NCBI GenBank assembly: GCA_963766715.1
Contig: CAVYBH010000012.1
Coordinates: forward strand, 640,001 to 704,000
Direction of reading: 5' to 3'
Origin: an uncultured delta proteobacterium
GTDB lineage: Bacteria > Myxococcota > Myxococcia > Myxococcales > Anaeromyxobacteraceae
DNA length: 64,000 nt
The notes below the pieces were generated by a model. That model was not told where the DNA came from. It was given only the letters and a program-made list of their open reading frames with translations, and ran no database searches. Below, one piece after another: positions 24,577 through 35,338 of the stretch; within the stretch, counting starts at the first letter, position 1; the number at the start of each line of letters is the position of its first letter. The translations under genes and the position numbers were made by a program.

Positions 24577-25428
24577 ATGGCGCGGCTGCTCGAGGGGAAG
24601 GTGGCGGTGGTGACGGGCGCGGGCGCGGGGATCGGCCGGGCTCATGCGCTGGCGCTCGCCCGGGCCGGAGCGAAGGTCGTGGTGAACGACCTGGGTGGCG
24701 ACCGGCACGGGGCCGGGCGGGCGTCCCAGGCCGCGGACCTGGTCGCCGCAGAGATCCAGGCCCAGGGCGGCGAGGCCATCGCCAGCCACGACACGGTGAC
24801 CACGCGCGAGGGCGTCGACGCCATCCTCTGGGCGGCCCAGTCGAAGTTCGGGCACGTGGACGTCTGGGTGAACAACGCCGGGATCCTTCGCGACAGGACC
24901 CTCCTCAACCTCACCGACGAGGACTTCGACCGGGTCCTCGAGGTCCACCTGCGTGGCACCTTCCTCGGAACCCAGGTCGCGGCCCGGGCCATGAAGATCC
25001 GCGGCCAGGGCGGCCGCATCGTCAACACGACGAGCCTCTCCGGGCTGCTCGGCAACTTCGGCCAGGGCAACTACGGGGCCGCCAAGGCAGGCGTCTACGG
25101 GCTCACCCGGGTGGCCGCGCTCGAGCTCGAGCGCTTCGGCATCGCCGTGAACGCCATCGCCCCGGTGGCGGTCACCCGGATGACGAGCGACCTCAAGATG
25201 TTCGCGGGCGCCACCGAGTCCGAGATGGGGCCGCAGTTCATCGCGCCGGCGGCGGTGTTCCTGGCGAGCCCGCTCGCCGACGGGATCACGGGCCAGGTGC
25301 TGGGCGTGCAGGGCGGGAAGATCTTCCTCTACCGGATGGAGACGACCGCCGGCGCCGAGAAGGCCCCGGCGGACGGGCCCTGGACCCCGGAGGAGATCCA
25401 CGCGTCCTGGGCCGAGATCAGCGGCTGA
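24577..25428 (+). CDS. SDR family oxidoreductase (3-hydroxyacyl-CoA dehydrogenase-like)
   Basis: TGAGAGIG, VVVNDLGG, NNAGILRD, YGAAK. Confidence 0.9.
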   Translation: MARLLEGKVAVVTGAGAGIGRAHALALARAGAKVVVNDLGGDRHGAGRASQAADLVAAEIQAQGGEAIASHDTVTTREGVDAILWAAQSKFGHVDVWVNNAGILRDRTLLNLTDEDFDRVLEVHLRGTFLGTQVAARAMKIRGQGGRIVNTTSLSGLLGNFGQGNYGAAKAGVYGLTRVAALELERFGIAVNAIAPVAVTRMTSDLKMFAGATESEMGPQFIAPAAVFLASPLADGITGQVLGVQGGKIFLYRMETTAGAEKAPADGPWTPEEIHASWAEISG

Positions 25429-25438
25429 GCGCGAGCGC

Positions 25439-25606
25439 CTAGCCGTAGTCGATGATGATCACCCCGCCGGACGGCGGCGTCTCGGGCGGCTTCTCCTCGT
25501 CGGGCGGGGCGGGCTCGGGCAAGGGTATCTGGATGCCGGGGCGATCGTCTCGACCGCGCTCCCGCTCGCGTCGCCGGATCTCCTCGATCACGAACGCGTC
25601 CAGCAT
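25439..25606 (-). CDS. Small hypothetical protein (55 aa)
   Basis: AGGA upstream of the ATG; MLDAFVIEEIRRRERE...GGVIIIDYG fills the intergenic gap. Confidence 0.6.
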   Translation of the reverse strand: MLDAFVIEEIRRRERERGRDDRPGIQIPLPEPAPPDEEKPPETPPSGGVIIIDYG

Positions 25607-25670
25607 GACCCGTCCTGCCCTCCTGCCGATCTCGGTAACACGCGACGATCGCCAGGGCAAGGAAGCCGGG

Positions 25671-26120
25671 TCAGCGACTTTTTTCCGCCCGCGCCTTGAA
25701 GGCGTCGAGGGTCCTCGGCAACTGAACCTTCGTGAGCTCGTCGCTCACGCGGTCGATGATGGCCTGGGGCACGAGCGGCGGCTTCTGGACCTGGACCTCC
25801 ACCGTGTAGCGCGCGAGCGTCTTGCCCGCGTGGTTCGAGAGCTCCCAGGCCCCGTTCGACACCTTCATCATGTCGCCCTTGAGCAGGGACCAGGTCATCC
25901 TCGTGGGGGCGTGCTCCAGGTGGCGCAGCGTGTACTTGATGGTCTTCACGCCGAGGTCGACCTCGTACTCGACGTCCTTCACCCCCTTTTCCACGCGGAC
26001 CACCTTCGTCCGCTTCACCGAGGGCACGAAGGTGGAGTAGGCCTCGTAGTCGGCCACGATCTCCCAGAACCGCTCCACCTCGACGTCCACCACCATCTCC
26101 TTCGACACCTTCGACGACAT
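25671..26120 (-). CDS. SRPBCC/START (polyketide cyclase/RatA-like) family protein
   Basis: FWEIVADYEAYSTFVP, GDMMKVSNGAWEL. Confidence 0.8.
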   Translation of the reverse strand: MSSKVSKEMVVDVEVERFWEIVADYEAYSTFVPSVKRTKVVRVEKGVKDVEYEVDLGVKTIKYTLRHLEHAPTRMTWSLLKGDMMKVSNGAWELSNHAGKTLARYTVEVQVQKPPLVPQAIIDRVSDELTKVQLPRTLDAFKARAEKSR

Positions 26121-26149
26121 CGCGCCTCCGTTCCGCCGCTCCGGCGCGG

Positions 26150-27115
26150 CTACCAGCCGTGGTTGGGCTTGCTCTGGAAGTGGTGCTCGGTCTCGATGTA
26201 GCGGACGGTCCCGGTCCGGCTGCGCATCACCACCGACTGGGTGCGGGCGCCGGCCCCGTTGAAGCGCACCCCCTTCAGGAAGTCGCCGTTCGTCACCCCG
26301 GTGGCGGCGAACATGACGTCGCCCCGGGCCATGTCCTCGAGCGCGAAGATCTTCTCGGCGTCGGGGATTCCCAGGGCGCGGGCGCGCTCCCGCTCCGCGT
26401 CGTTGCGATACAGGAGGCGCCCCTGCATGTCTCCGCCCACGCAGCGAAGGGCCGTCGCGCTGATGATTCCCTCCGGCGCGCCGCCGATGCCCATGAGCAT
26501 GTCGACGCCGGTGTCCGGCAGGCAGGCGTTGATGGCCGCCGAGACGTCGCCATCGCCGATGAGCTTGATGCGGGCGCCGGCCTCCCGCACCTCCCGGATG
26601 AGCCGCTCGTGGCGCGGCCGGTCCAGGATCACGACGGTCAGGTCCTCGACGTACTTCCCGAGCGCGTCGGCGACCGACCTCAGGTTCGCCTGGGGCGGCC
26701 GGGTGATGTCGATCGCGCCCCGGGCCGCGGGACCGACGGCAATCTTCTCCATGTAGATGTCGGGCAACCGGAGCAGCGACCCCTTCGGCCCCATCGCGAT
26801 GACGCTGATGGCGTTGGCCGCGCCGGTCGCGCACAGCTTCGTGCCCTCGAGCGCGTCGACGGCCACCTCGATCTCCAGCGCACCGGGAACCGCTCGCCCG
26901 ACCCGCTCCCCGACGAAGAGGACGGGGACCTCGCCGCGCTCCCCGGCGCCGATCACGACCTCGCCGCTCACGTCGAGATCGTCGAAGGCCGCCCGCATCG
27001 CCTCGGTCGCGGCCTGGTCGGCCGCGCGGCGATCGCCGCGTCCCATGAGCCGGGCCGAGGCCAGCGCCGCCGCCTCGGTGATGCGGACTCCCTCCAGCGC
27101 CAGGTTGCGATCCAT
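26150..27115 (-). CDS. glpX: Class II fructose-1,6-bisphosphatase
   Basis: MDRNLALE..RITEAAAL, VDALEGT, YMEKI, LDRPRH, GDGDV, GGAPEG. Confidence 0.95.
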   Translation of the reverse strand: MDRNLALEGVRITEAAALASARLMGRGDRRAADQAATEAMRAAFDDLDVSGEVVIGAGERGEVPVLFVGERVGRAVPGALEIEVAVDALEGTKLCATGAANAISVIAMGPKGSLLRLPDIYMEKIAVGPAARGAIDITRPPQANLRSVADALGKYVEDLTVVILDRPRHERLIREVREAGARIKLIGDGDVSAAINACLPDTGVDMLMGIGGAPEGIISATALRCVGGDMQGRLLYRNDAERERARALGIPDAEKIFALEDMARGDVMFAATGVTNGDFLKGVRFNGAGARTQSVVMRSRTGTVRYIETEHHFQSKPNHGW

Positions 27116-27124
27116 GGAGCCTCC

Positions 27125-27535
27125 CTAGGCCTGCTCGATCTCCTCACCGACCTTCATCTTCTCCAGGAAGTCCCGGGGCAGCCGCTCGATGCGCCCCGCC
27201 CCGTTCACGCAGGCGTGCACGGTGAAGCCGGTGGCGAGCAGGTCGGCTCCGCGCCGCACGTCGTAGGCGAAGCGGGCCGAGGCGCGCCGCGCCTCCACGA
27301 GGCGGGTCTCCACCGCGACCAGGTCGTCGTAGCGCGCCGGCTGCCGGTAGCTCACGCCGGCCTCGACCACCGGGAGGATGAGCTTCTCCCGGGCCTCGAA
27401 GTCGGAGTAGGACAGCCCCTTCGCCCGCAGGAACTCGGTGCGTCCCGCCTCGAACCAGCGCAGGTAGTTGGCGTAGTACACGACCCCCATCTGGTCGGTG
27501 TCACCGTAGATCACCCGGATCTCGCAGCGCACCAT
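27125..27535 (-). CDS. Acyl-CoA thioesterase, YbgC/FadM family
   Basis: VIYGDTDQMGVVYYANYLRWFEAGRTE. Confidence 0.9.
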   Translation of the reverse strand: MVRCEIRVIYGDTDQMGVVYYANYLRWFEAGRTEFLRAKGLSYSDFEAREKLILPVVEAGVSYRQPARYDDLVAVETRLVEARRASARFAYDVRRGADLLATGFTVHACVNGAGRIERLPRDFLEKMKVGEEIEQA

Positions 27536-27540
27536 GGCGG

Positions 27541-28857
27541 CTAGACCTGCTCGATGCGGATGAGGCGCGTGGGCGCGGCGGTGGTCTCGTAGCCGTCGAT
27601 CTCCCGGATGGCGGCCCGCAGGTCCGCCTCGCGGGCCTGGTGGGTCACGATGACGAGGGGGACCGGTGCGCCCGCCTCCTCGTGCTCCCGCTGCTGGACG
27701 GCGGCGATCGAGATGCCGTGCGCCGCCAGCGTCGAGGCGATGCGGGCCAGGACTCCCGGCGCGTCCTTCACGGAGAAGCGCAGGTAGTAGCCGGTCCGGA
27801 TCTCCTCGTGCGGCCGGAGCTGGACGAGGGAGCCCGCCGGCGGGAGCGGCACGCGGCCCGGGCTCCCGGCCAGGAGGTTCCGCGACAGGTCGATGATGTC
27901 CGAGACGACCGCGCTGCCGGTGGGCATCGCGCCCGCGCCCTGGCCGAAGAGGAGCGTCGGCCCGAGCGCGTCCGAGTGGAGGAGCACCGCGTTCATGGCC
28001 CCGCGCACCCCGGCCAGCATCGAGTCCTTGGGGATGAACGCCGGGTGGACGCGGGCCTCGATGAACCCGCCCGACGCTCCCGATCCCGGCCCGGAACGGC
28101 GGGCCACCGCGAGCAGCTTGAGTGCGTACCCGAACTCCTCGGCCCAGGCGAAGTCCTCGGGGAGGAGCCCCATGATCCCCTCGGTCAGGACGTCCTGGGG
28201 CGCGAGCCGCGCGCCGAAGGCCAGCTGGGCGAGCAGGCAGAGCTTCTGGGCGGCGTCGCCGCCGGACACGTCGAGCGTCGGATCGGCCTCGGCGTACCCC
28301 AGGTGCTGCGCCTCGGCGAGCGCCTCGCCCAGCGGCTGCCCCTTCTCCGCCATCGAGGTGAGGATGAAGTTGGTGGTCCCGTTCACGATCCCGTACACGG
28401 CCTGGATGCGGTCGGAGGCCAGCGCCTCCCGGAGCGTCCGGATCACCGGGACGCCGCCGGCCACCGCGGCCTCGTAGTACACGTCCACGCCCTTGTCCTG
28501 CGCCAGCCGGAAGATCTCCTCCCCGTGGAAGGCGAGGAGCGCCTTGTTGGCCGTCACCACGTGCTTGCCGGCGCGGAGCGCCGCGAGCACGAGCTCGCGG
28601 GCCTCGGAGGTGCCGCCCACCAGCTCGACCACGACCTGGATGGCGGGATCCTCGACCAGGTCCAGGTAGCGGGTGGTCAGGAGCGAGCGGTCGACGTCGA
28701 TCATGCGCTCCTTGACGGGGTCGCGGACCGCCACGCGCCGCACCACGATGCGGGCGCCCAGGCGGGCCTCGATCTCGCGCGCGTGGCTGCGGAGGATGGA
28801 GAGCACCCCGCCGCCCACGGTGCCGAATCCTGCGATTCCGATGCCGACTTCTCTCAT
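27541..28857 (-). CDS. hom: Homoserine dehydrogenase with ACT domain
   Basis: GFGTVGGG, VVTANKA, YEAAVAGGVP, NGTTNFIL, GYAEADP, GAGAMPTGSAV. Confidence 0.93.
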   Translation of the reverse strand: MREVGIGIAGFGTVGGGVLSILRSHAREIEARLGARIVVRRVAVRDPVKERMIDVDRSLLTTRYLDLVEDPAIQVVVELVGGTSEARELVLAALRAGKHVVTANKALLAFHGEEIFRLAQDKGVDVYYEAAVAGGVPVIRTLREALASDRIQAVYGIVNGTTNFILTSMAEKGQPLGEALAEAQHLGYAEADPTLDVSGGDAAQKLCLLAQLAFGARLAPQDVLTEGIMGLLPEDFAWAEEFGYALKLLAVARRSGPGSGASGGFIEARVHPAFIPKDSMLAGVRGAMNAVLLHSDALGPTLLFGQGAGAMPTGSAVVSDIIDLSRNLLAGSPGRVPLPPAGSLVQLRPHEEIRTGYYLRFSVKDAPGVLARIASTLAAHGISIAAVQQREHEEAGAPVPLVIVTHQAREADLRAAIREIDGYETTAAPTRLIRIEQV

Positions 28858-29469
28858 TTTCCCGGTCTCTCCGTGCGATAGGACGCGAGCTCCGCCCTCA
28901 CCTGGGGCACCTTTCGGCCCCCGACGAGCGCGAAGGTCTCGATGCGGACGGGCCCCACGCCCGGCGCGTACGTGGTCTCGAGCAGGATCTCGGTGTCGGG
29001 CCCCGCGCGGTTGCGCGCCCGCACCATCAGGCAGGCCTCGAAGGTGCCCGCGGGGACGGTCGCCGTCACCCCCGTTGCGGCGATCTGGTAGCGCTCCGTC
29101 GACGTCTCGCTGACGATCGAGGTCCAGGTCCTGATCGAGCTCGAACGGCGCGCAGAGCAGCCGGCGACTGCGGTCCTGGATGCATCCGCGAGACGACCGC
29201 AGTGCCCCCTTCTCGCTGTCGACGAAGTACCCGTCGGCGTCGCGCCCCACGATGCGGACCGTCCGCTGCCTGGGCGAACCGCCTCCGGATCGAGGCGACA
29301 GGTCGATCCAGGTCCACTCGTTGCCGACGGCCAGGGGATAGTAGGAGGTCGGGTCGGCGGGCCCGGCGGGGGCCCGCGCGGAGGTTGCGCCGGCCGGGTC
29401 CGGGGAGTGGGCGCACGCCAGGAACGAGGCGGCCAGGAGGATCGCGGCGTGTCGGGACACGGCGCGCAT
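28854..29469 (-). CDS. Hypothetical lipoprotein (frameshift near 29132)
   Basis: Lipobox-like ASFLAC; YYPLAVGNEWTW and VTATVPAGTF..C, YAPGVGPV motifs. Confidence 0.65.
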
Positions 29470-29501
29470 CTTACCCCCAAAGGCGCGGAGGTTGGCTCGT
29501 C

Positions 29502-30414
29502 TCACCGGGCCGGGCCCTTCGCCCTGGACGCTCCGCCCCGACGCCGGGCGTCCCGCAGCGCCTCGCGCGCCGCCGCGACCACCAGCGGGTCCGGGTGGCC
29601 CGCCGCCATCGTCTCCAGATACGCCTCCGCCTCCGGACCGCCGATGTCGCCCACGATGCGGACCATCTGGGCCACGAAAGGCCCCTCCCGTCGCCGGGAG
29701 AGCTCGATGATTGGCGCCACGGCCCGGGGATCCCCGATCTGGCCCAGCGCCCCGACGGCGCGGTCGGCCACCTCGGGGTCCGGGTCCTGGAGCCGGGCGA
29801 TGAGCGCCGGCACGGCGGCGGCGTTCTTTCGCTCGGCCAGGACGCCGACTGCGAGGTCGCGCACCCGGGGGTCACCCGACTCGAGATCCTGGATCACCGC
29901 CGCGTCCGGCTTCCGGGCCTCGGCCAGTCCCAGCGCCAGCACGCTCGCCGCGCGGGTCGCGCCGCCCTCGATGGCGCGGCGGAAGGCGGACTGGACCGCC
30001 TCGTCCGGACGCACGGTCTCGGCGGCGCGGACGGTCTCGAAGATCGCATCGCCGTCCTCTCCCTGGGCCACCTCGAGGCGCACGAGGACCTCGGCCTGGG
30101 TCGTCGAGCCGGTGGTGAGGAGTCGCGCGTCCAGGAGCGAGATGCCACCCCGGCAGCGCGGGGCCCCCTTCGGCGGCTCGGACGACGGAACGGCAAACCC
30201 GGAGCGTTCGACCGAACGCCGCGAGGGCCATGCGCCGGAGGTCCTCCCGCTCGAGCCCGAGCGGCTCGAGGCGGGAGGGACCGGAGGCCTGGACCACCGT
30301 CACCCCGGTGACGACGCAGGGCTCCGGACCGCTGCGGCACCCGGCGAGCCCCCCGGCCGCGAGCAGCAGGGCGACCATCCATCTGCCGCGACGGATCGGC
30401 CAGGGCGTGGTCAC
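29502..30414 (-). CDS. HEAT-repeat lipoprotein (frameshifts near 30140-30200)
   Basis: Lipobox-like GLAGC; repeats AVPALIARLQDPDPEVADRAVGALGQIGDPRAV. Confidence 0.65.
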
Positions 30415-30428
30415 GGGGCGTTCTTTGC

Positions 30429-32225
30429 CTAGCCGCCCTCTGTGCTCCCCGAGGGCGGCGGCGGGCCGCGGGTCCCGGGGTCGGCCGTAGGCGCGGATGG
30501 CGGAGCGGGCGGCTCGGCGCCGCTGCCTGCGGGCGCACCGCCCGGCGAGGCCGCAGCCTCTCCCTCCGGGCGACGCTCGCCTCGGCCACGCCCTCCCCTG
30601 CGGCGACGGCGGCGGCGACGGCGCCTGCCCTCGCCTGCGGGTCCGCCTTCCTTGCCAGGCTCGGCGGGCCCTTCGGGAGCAGTGGCGTCCTGCGCCTCGT
30701 CGTCTCCACCCTCGTCGTCTCCGTCCTCGTCCCCCTCGTCGACGGGACCAGGGACGGCGGCGACGATGCCTGCGCGGTCTCCGGCGGCGGCGAGGAGGCG
30801 TCGCCTCCTCGGGCCGGGTCGCCTCGATCACAGAAGCCGCTGGCGCAGTGGACCGGCTCGACGGGAGGCTCGGGGGTGCCGGCTTCCGGCCTGGGCCGGC
30901 GTTCCTCCCGGCGGTCCCGGTCTCGATCGCGCGGGCGATCGCGGTCCTCGCGGGGTCGGTCCTCGCGGGTCATCCTCGCGCCCGTCGCGCTCCTCGCGAC
31001 CTTCCCGGCCCTCGCGCCGGTCGCGCTCCTCCCGGCGGGCCTTGCGCGCCACCTCCTCGCGCTGCGCGGCCTCGGTGGCCTGCAGCAGGAAGTCCTCGTC
31101 GGCCTCCGGAATGGAGACGATGCGGCAGGCAAGGGTCGCGTCGGCGAAGGCCTCGGCGAACGCCTCTCCGGCGATGAGCAGGACCGGCAGCTGACCGGCC
31201 ACCGTGGCCTCGCCGCGCGCCTCGCGCCCGGCCTCGCCCGAGGTGACCAGCACGCCGATCTGGGCCCCGTAGTGGCCCAGATCGCGGCGCACGTCGCTCA
31301 CGTCGCGACGTCCCACGTCGGCGCCGTTGCGGAGCACCCGCACGGCGTGCCGGACGTCGGCGAGCCCCATGCGGCGGCGAGCGGTGAAGACCACGCTGTC
31401 CCGCCCGCGCTTCGCCACCTTGACCTCGTGGTGCCCGGTCTTCTCGAGCAGGCGCGCCACCAGGTATTCGACCGTCGGCCCGTCGCATTCGCGCAGGCGG
31501 CGCCGGAGCACGGCCAGCGCGGTGCGACGCATCTCGGCCGGGCTGGACGGCGCGCGGACCGCGACCACCGGGGCCGGACGCTCGCCCGGCTCGGGGACGG
31601 CTCCGAGCGACACGACGTCGCCGTCGATGGCGAACAGCGCCTTGCGCCCCGCCTGCTCCCGGCGCCGGTTGTCCTCCCGCAGGGCCGCGGCGAGCGACCC
31701 CGCGTCGCGGACGAAGGCCTCGGGCATGAGCATGCGCTCCGCACCCAGCGCCGCGAGCTCTCGCAGCGGCAGGGGGCGCTCGGCGCCCGAGAGGATCTCG
31801 TAGGCCACCTCGGCGGGCGGCGGGAAGCGACGACGCTTCTCGTCCCCCTCCTCGCGGCGGCGACCCCTGCTCGCGTCCCGCCCGGAACTGCGGGCGAGCT
31901 CCCGAGTGGGGATGGGATGACGCTCCTTGGGACGGTACGGAAGCTCGTCGGCCGGTGGCGGCTCGACCAGGTTCTCCAGTCCCAACGGGTCCTCGGGCAG
32001 GCCCCACTCCTCCAGCGCGAAGGTGGCGTGCTGGACCGCGACGATGGCCCGGTCCGTCCGCGGCAACTTGCAGTGCGCGGACAGCTGGTCGGCCATCGTC
32101 TCCTCGGGAATCTTCCCGACGTGGTCCAGAAGGCTGTCGCGGATCGCGATCTCGGCGATCTTCCGGAAGTGGAGTGGCTTGCCTTCCCGTTTCAGCACCT
32201 CGACGGCTGCTTCGGTGAAGGTCAT
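30429..32225 (-). CDS. HARE-HTH (RNAP delta-like winged HTH) x2 + Mrr-like domain + charged low-complexity tail (frameshifts near 30800-30970)
   Basis: MTFTEAAVEVLKREGKPLHFRKIAEIAI; second AEVAYEILSGAERPLPLRELA; Mrr-like VEYLVARLLEKTG...VGRRDV...GVLVTSG; tail with DEGDEDGDDE and R-runs, stop TAG 30429. Confidence 0.65.
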
Positions 32226-32364
32226 GAAGGTCTCAGGATTCCTCGATAATTTCGCGGCGTAGCTCGCCGCGGGCGATCCCTCATCTTGTGTCGGGGTCGT
32301 CCCACTGTCAACGTGGAATCCTTTCGGATCTGCGGACATTTCCAGGATCTGGAGGCTCGAGCCC

Positions 32365-34600
32365 GTGGTGCGCGTGCGAATCGGAGACGGATGGGCCTCG
32401 GATCCCGAGGTCCGGGCGGCCCTGGCCGCGGACGGGGACCGCCTCCCGGCGCGCCGCCATCCGGGCCATCGTCGACGTCCTGGCGTTCGAGGTCGATGGC
32501 GTGGACATCGGGGCCGGGCGGACGGAGGGGCCCCTGGCGGAGGGAGTGCTCGCCCTGCTCGGCGCGGTGAACCGCCTGACCGCCGGGCGAGGTGCACGCC
32601 TCCGTCCCGTTCGACGGGGGTGCGGTCGAGCTCGTCCTGCACCGGCGTGGGGGCAGCGCGCTCGCCTCGGTCGTCACCCTCGGGCGCCCGGCCCGGGTAC
32701 TCGCCCACGACGTCGAGGTGGACCTCCCCCGCCTCGCAGAGGCCGTCGCGGGAGGCGGCGCGGGCCTTCTGCGCGCGGGTGGCCTCGGTCGCTCCCGTGG
32801 CGAGCGACAGCCCGGAGGTCCAGCGCCTCCTCCGGGCTGCCTCCCGGCGCACCTCGGTGGGGGAGCCCAGGGGCCCTGGCGTCCCGACCACCCGCTCCCG
32901 CCGGCCGCGCCGGCGGCCGCGCGAGCCGGCCTGCAGCTTCGAGCTCCACGACGAGGAGGGGCGGCTCTCCACCTGGAAGGGAACGGGAGCCGATCTCGCG
33001 TCCCTCCTCGTCCGCGGGCGTGTCACCCTCCGCTCCGCCGAGGGCGACGAGATTCTCTCGGTGGACGGCACGCCGTTCCTGCTCTTCCGGGACCTCTGCT
33101 CCGCCTCCGAGCGGCTGGTGGCTTCCCACGGCGAGCCGCTGTCCTTCGAGGTGGCGAGACCTGGACGGCGCGCCACTGCCCGGATCGAGGTCGCGAAGCG
33201 AGCCGTGTCGGTCGACGGAGGCGCGCCCATCGACTGCGATCCGCTGGCCCTCGCCCAGGCCATCCTCGACGGGGCGGCGGACTTCTGCGCGGTCGTGGTG
33301 GCCCGGGCCCCTGGGCAGCGCCACAACGCGCTCCTCGCCGACCTCGAGGCCGCAGCGCGGGCGGCGCTCGCCCACGTCCGGGAGGCCCGAGCAGGCGACG
33401 AGCCGGCCAGGAGCCGCCGCCGGCTGCGCCTCGCCCCGTCGCCCCGGATCCCGGACCACCCGCTGGCTCCGGGCCGGTTGCGGCGGGTCTCCTTCCGTCG
33501 GATGGCCATGGCCGACGTCGGCCGCCCGGCCGGAGCCGGGATCTTCCGGGCGGGCCCCGGCGTCGTCGCCTGCGGCGAGGACGCCGCCCGCGCCTTCGAC
33601 GCGGCCACCGGTGCTCCGCTCTGGAAGGGCGCGGGGGCTTCCCTCGCGGCCATCGCCGACGACCTGCTCGTCACGCTGGGCGACGGACGCCTGATCGGGC
33701 GGGACGCGGGTACCGGCCAGGTTCGCTGGGACCTGGCGATCTCCGACGACGGCGGCGGCCCGGTCTCGCTCGGCGGCACCCCGGACGGGCGCGTGCTCGT
33801 CTTCGCCGGCCCTTCGATCCGCGCCGTCGAGCGCGCCACCGGGGCGACCGCGTGGACCTTCCGATCGCCGGGAGCCCTCCGCGTCTCGCCGCTCCCGCTC
33901 GGCTCGCTCACCGTCCTGGCGGCCGATTCCGGGATGGTCCACGCGCTCGACTCCTCGGGAAGCGTGGCCTGGCGCCTGCGCGGCTCCGGTCCCCTCGCCG
34001 CCCCGCCGGTCCGCGACGGCCGCGCCTGCCTCCTCTGCTTCCGAACCCCCACGGGTGCGACGCTCACCTCGGTGGACAGCCGCCTCGGGGCTCCGGACCT
34101 TCGAGGCCTCCCTCGACTTCGCTCCCTCCGGGGCTCCCCTCCGGTTCTGCGGGCGGATCGCCATCGCGGGGACCGTCGGGGGCGACGTCGTCGTGGCTGC
34201 CCTGGAGGAGGACGGCACCCCGGCGTGGACCGAGCCCTCTCCGCTGGGAGGTGCGGTGGTCATCACGCCGCTCCCCTCGGGCCTCCTCGCGAAGGCGCCC
34301 GACGGCTCCTGCGCCGCCCTCGATCGGCAGGGGCGCGTCGTCTGGTCGCGATCCTGCGACGGTCACGCCGCCCCGCCCGGCAACCTGGAAGCCATTCCGG
34401 TGAGGGGTGTCCTGGTGGTCCCCGCGGAGGAGGTCGACCTCCTCGACGCGGCAACGGGACAGCCGATCGGTCGAATGCCGATCCACGCGCCGGCACGCCT
34501 CCGGGTGGACGCCGACCTGACGACCTGGGCCCTCGACGCAGAGGGGCTCGTGACGGGCGCGCGCCTGCTCGGGCACCTCTCGGTGCTCGACCGGGGCTAG
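32365..34600 (+). CDS. PQQ-like beta-propeller repeat protein (several frameshifts)
   Basis: Repeated A.D..TG...W motifs (AFDAATGAPLW, GRDAGTGQVRW, AVERATGATAW, ALDSSGSVAW, ALDRQGRVVW). Confidence 0.7.
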
Positions 34601-35332
34601 ACCCCGAGGAAGAGGCGGCGTCCGAAGTTCACCGCGACCTTGGCGGCGAAGATCCGCTGGGCCGAGGTCTCGATGTCGTAGGGCACGCGCACGTACTCGA
34701 CGGTGCGGGCGTCGGTGTCGTGGACGACGAAGCAGGCCCGGTTGTCGTAGTCGCGCGGCTGTCCCACTGCGCCGACGGTGACGATGTACTTGTAGCCGGG
34801 CCGGAGCCGGAACTTCCTGCCGGAGACCTCCACGACCTCCCTCCCCGCCTGCAGGGCGAAGACCTTCGTCAGGTGGGAGTGGCCGATGAAGGTCACCTCC
34901 GGGAGCTGATCGACGAAGGGGAGCAGCTCGGCCGCCTGCTCGCTCGCCAGGATGTAGTCGTAGGACTCGGGCCGGATTGGGGAACCGTGGCTGAACCCCA
35001 CCTCGCCGATCCGGTGGGTGTAGGGAAGCGAGGCCAGCCAGCCCAGGTTGTCCGGCCGGAGGTGACGGGCGGTCCAGTCGAGCGCGTGCCGGGCCGCGTC
35101 GTAGTAGAACGCGTAGTCCATCCGGCCCGGTGACGGCCGCGTCGTGGTTGCCGAGCAGCACCACCGCCGCCAGCCGGCGCAGGATGTCGCAGCACTCGTT
35201 GGGGCTGGCTCCGTACCCGACCACGTCGCCGAGGCACGCCACCTGGTCGACGCCCCGCTCGGCGATGGTCCGCTCTACCTCGGACAGGGCCTCGAGGTTG
35301 GCGTGGACGTCGCTGAGGATGGCGATCCGCAT
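34597..35332 (-). CDS. Calcineurin-like metallophosphoesterase (frameshift near 35125)
   Basis: SDVHAN, LGDVVGYG, GNHD, HGSP, GHSH, GAVGQPRD. Confidence 0.88.
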
Positions 35333-35338
35333 GGGGCG

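Noticed and set aside
27541..29505. 654-aa ORF apparently fusing a lipoprotein to homoserine dehydrogenase
   Set aside because: Created by a frameshift near 29132; hom has its own ATG at 28857 overlapping the lipoprotein stop.
30590..31030. Short trinucleotide-like repeats (CGG/CGT/GAC runs)
   Set aside because: They encode the low-complexity protein tail; not a CRISPR array or DNA repeat element.
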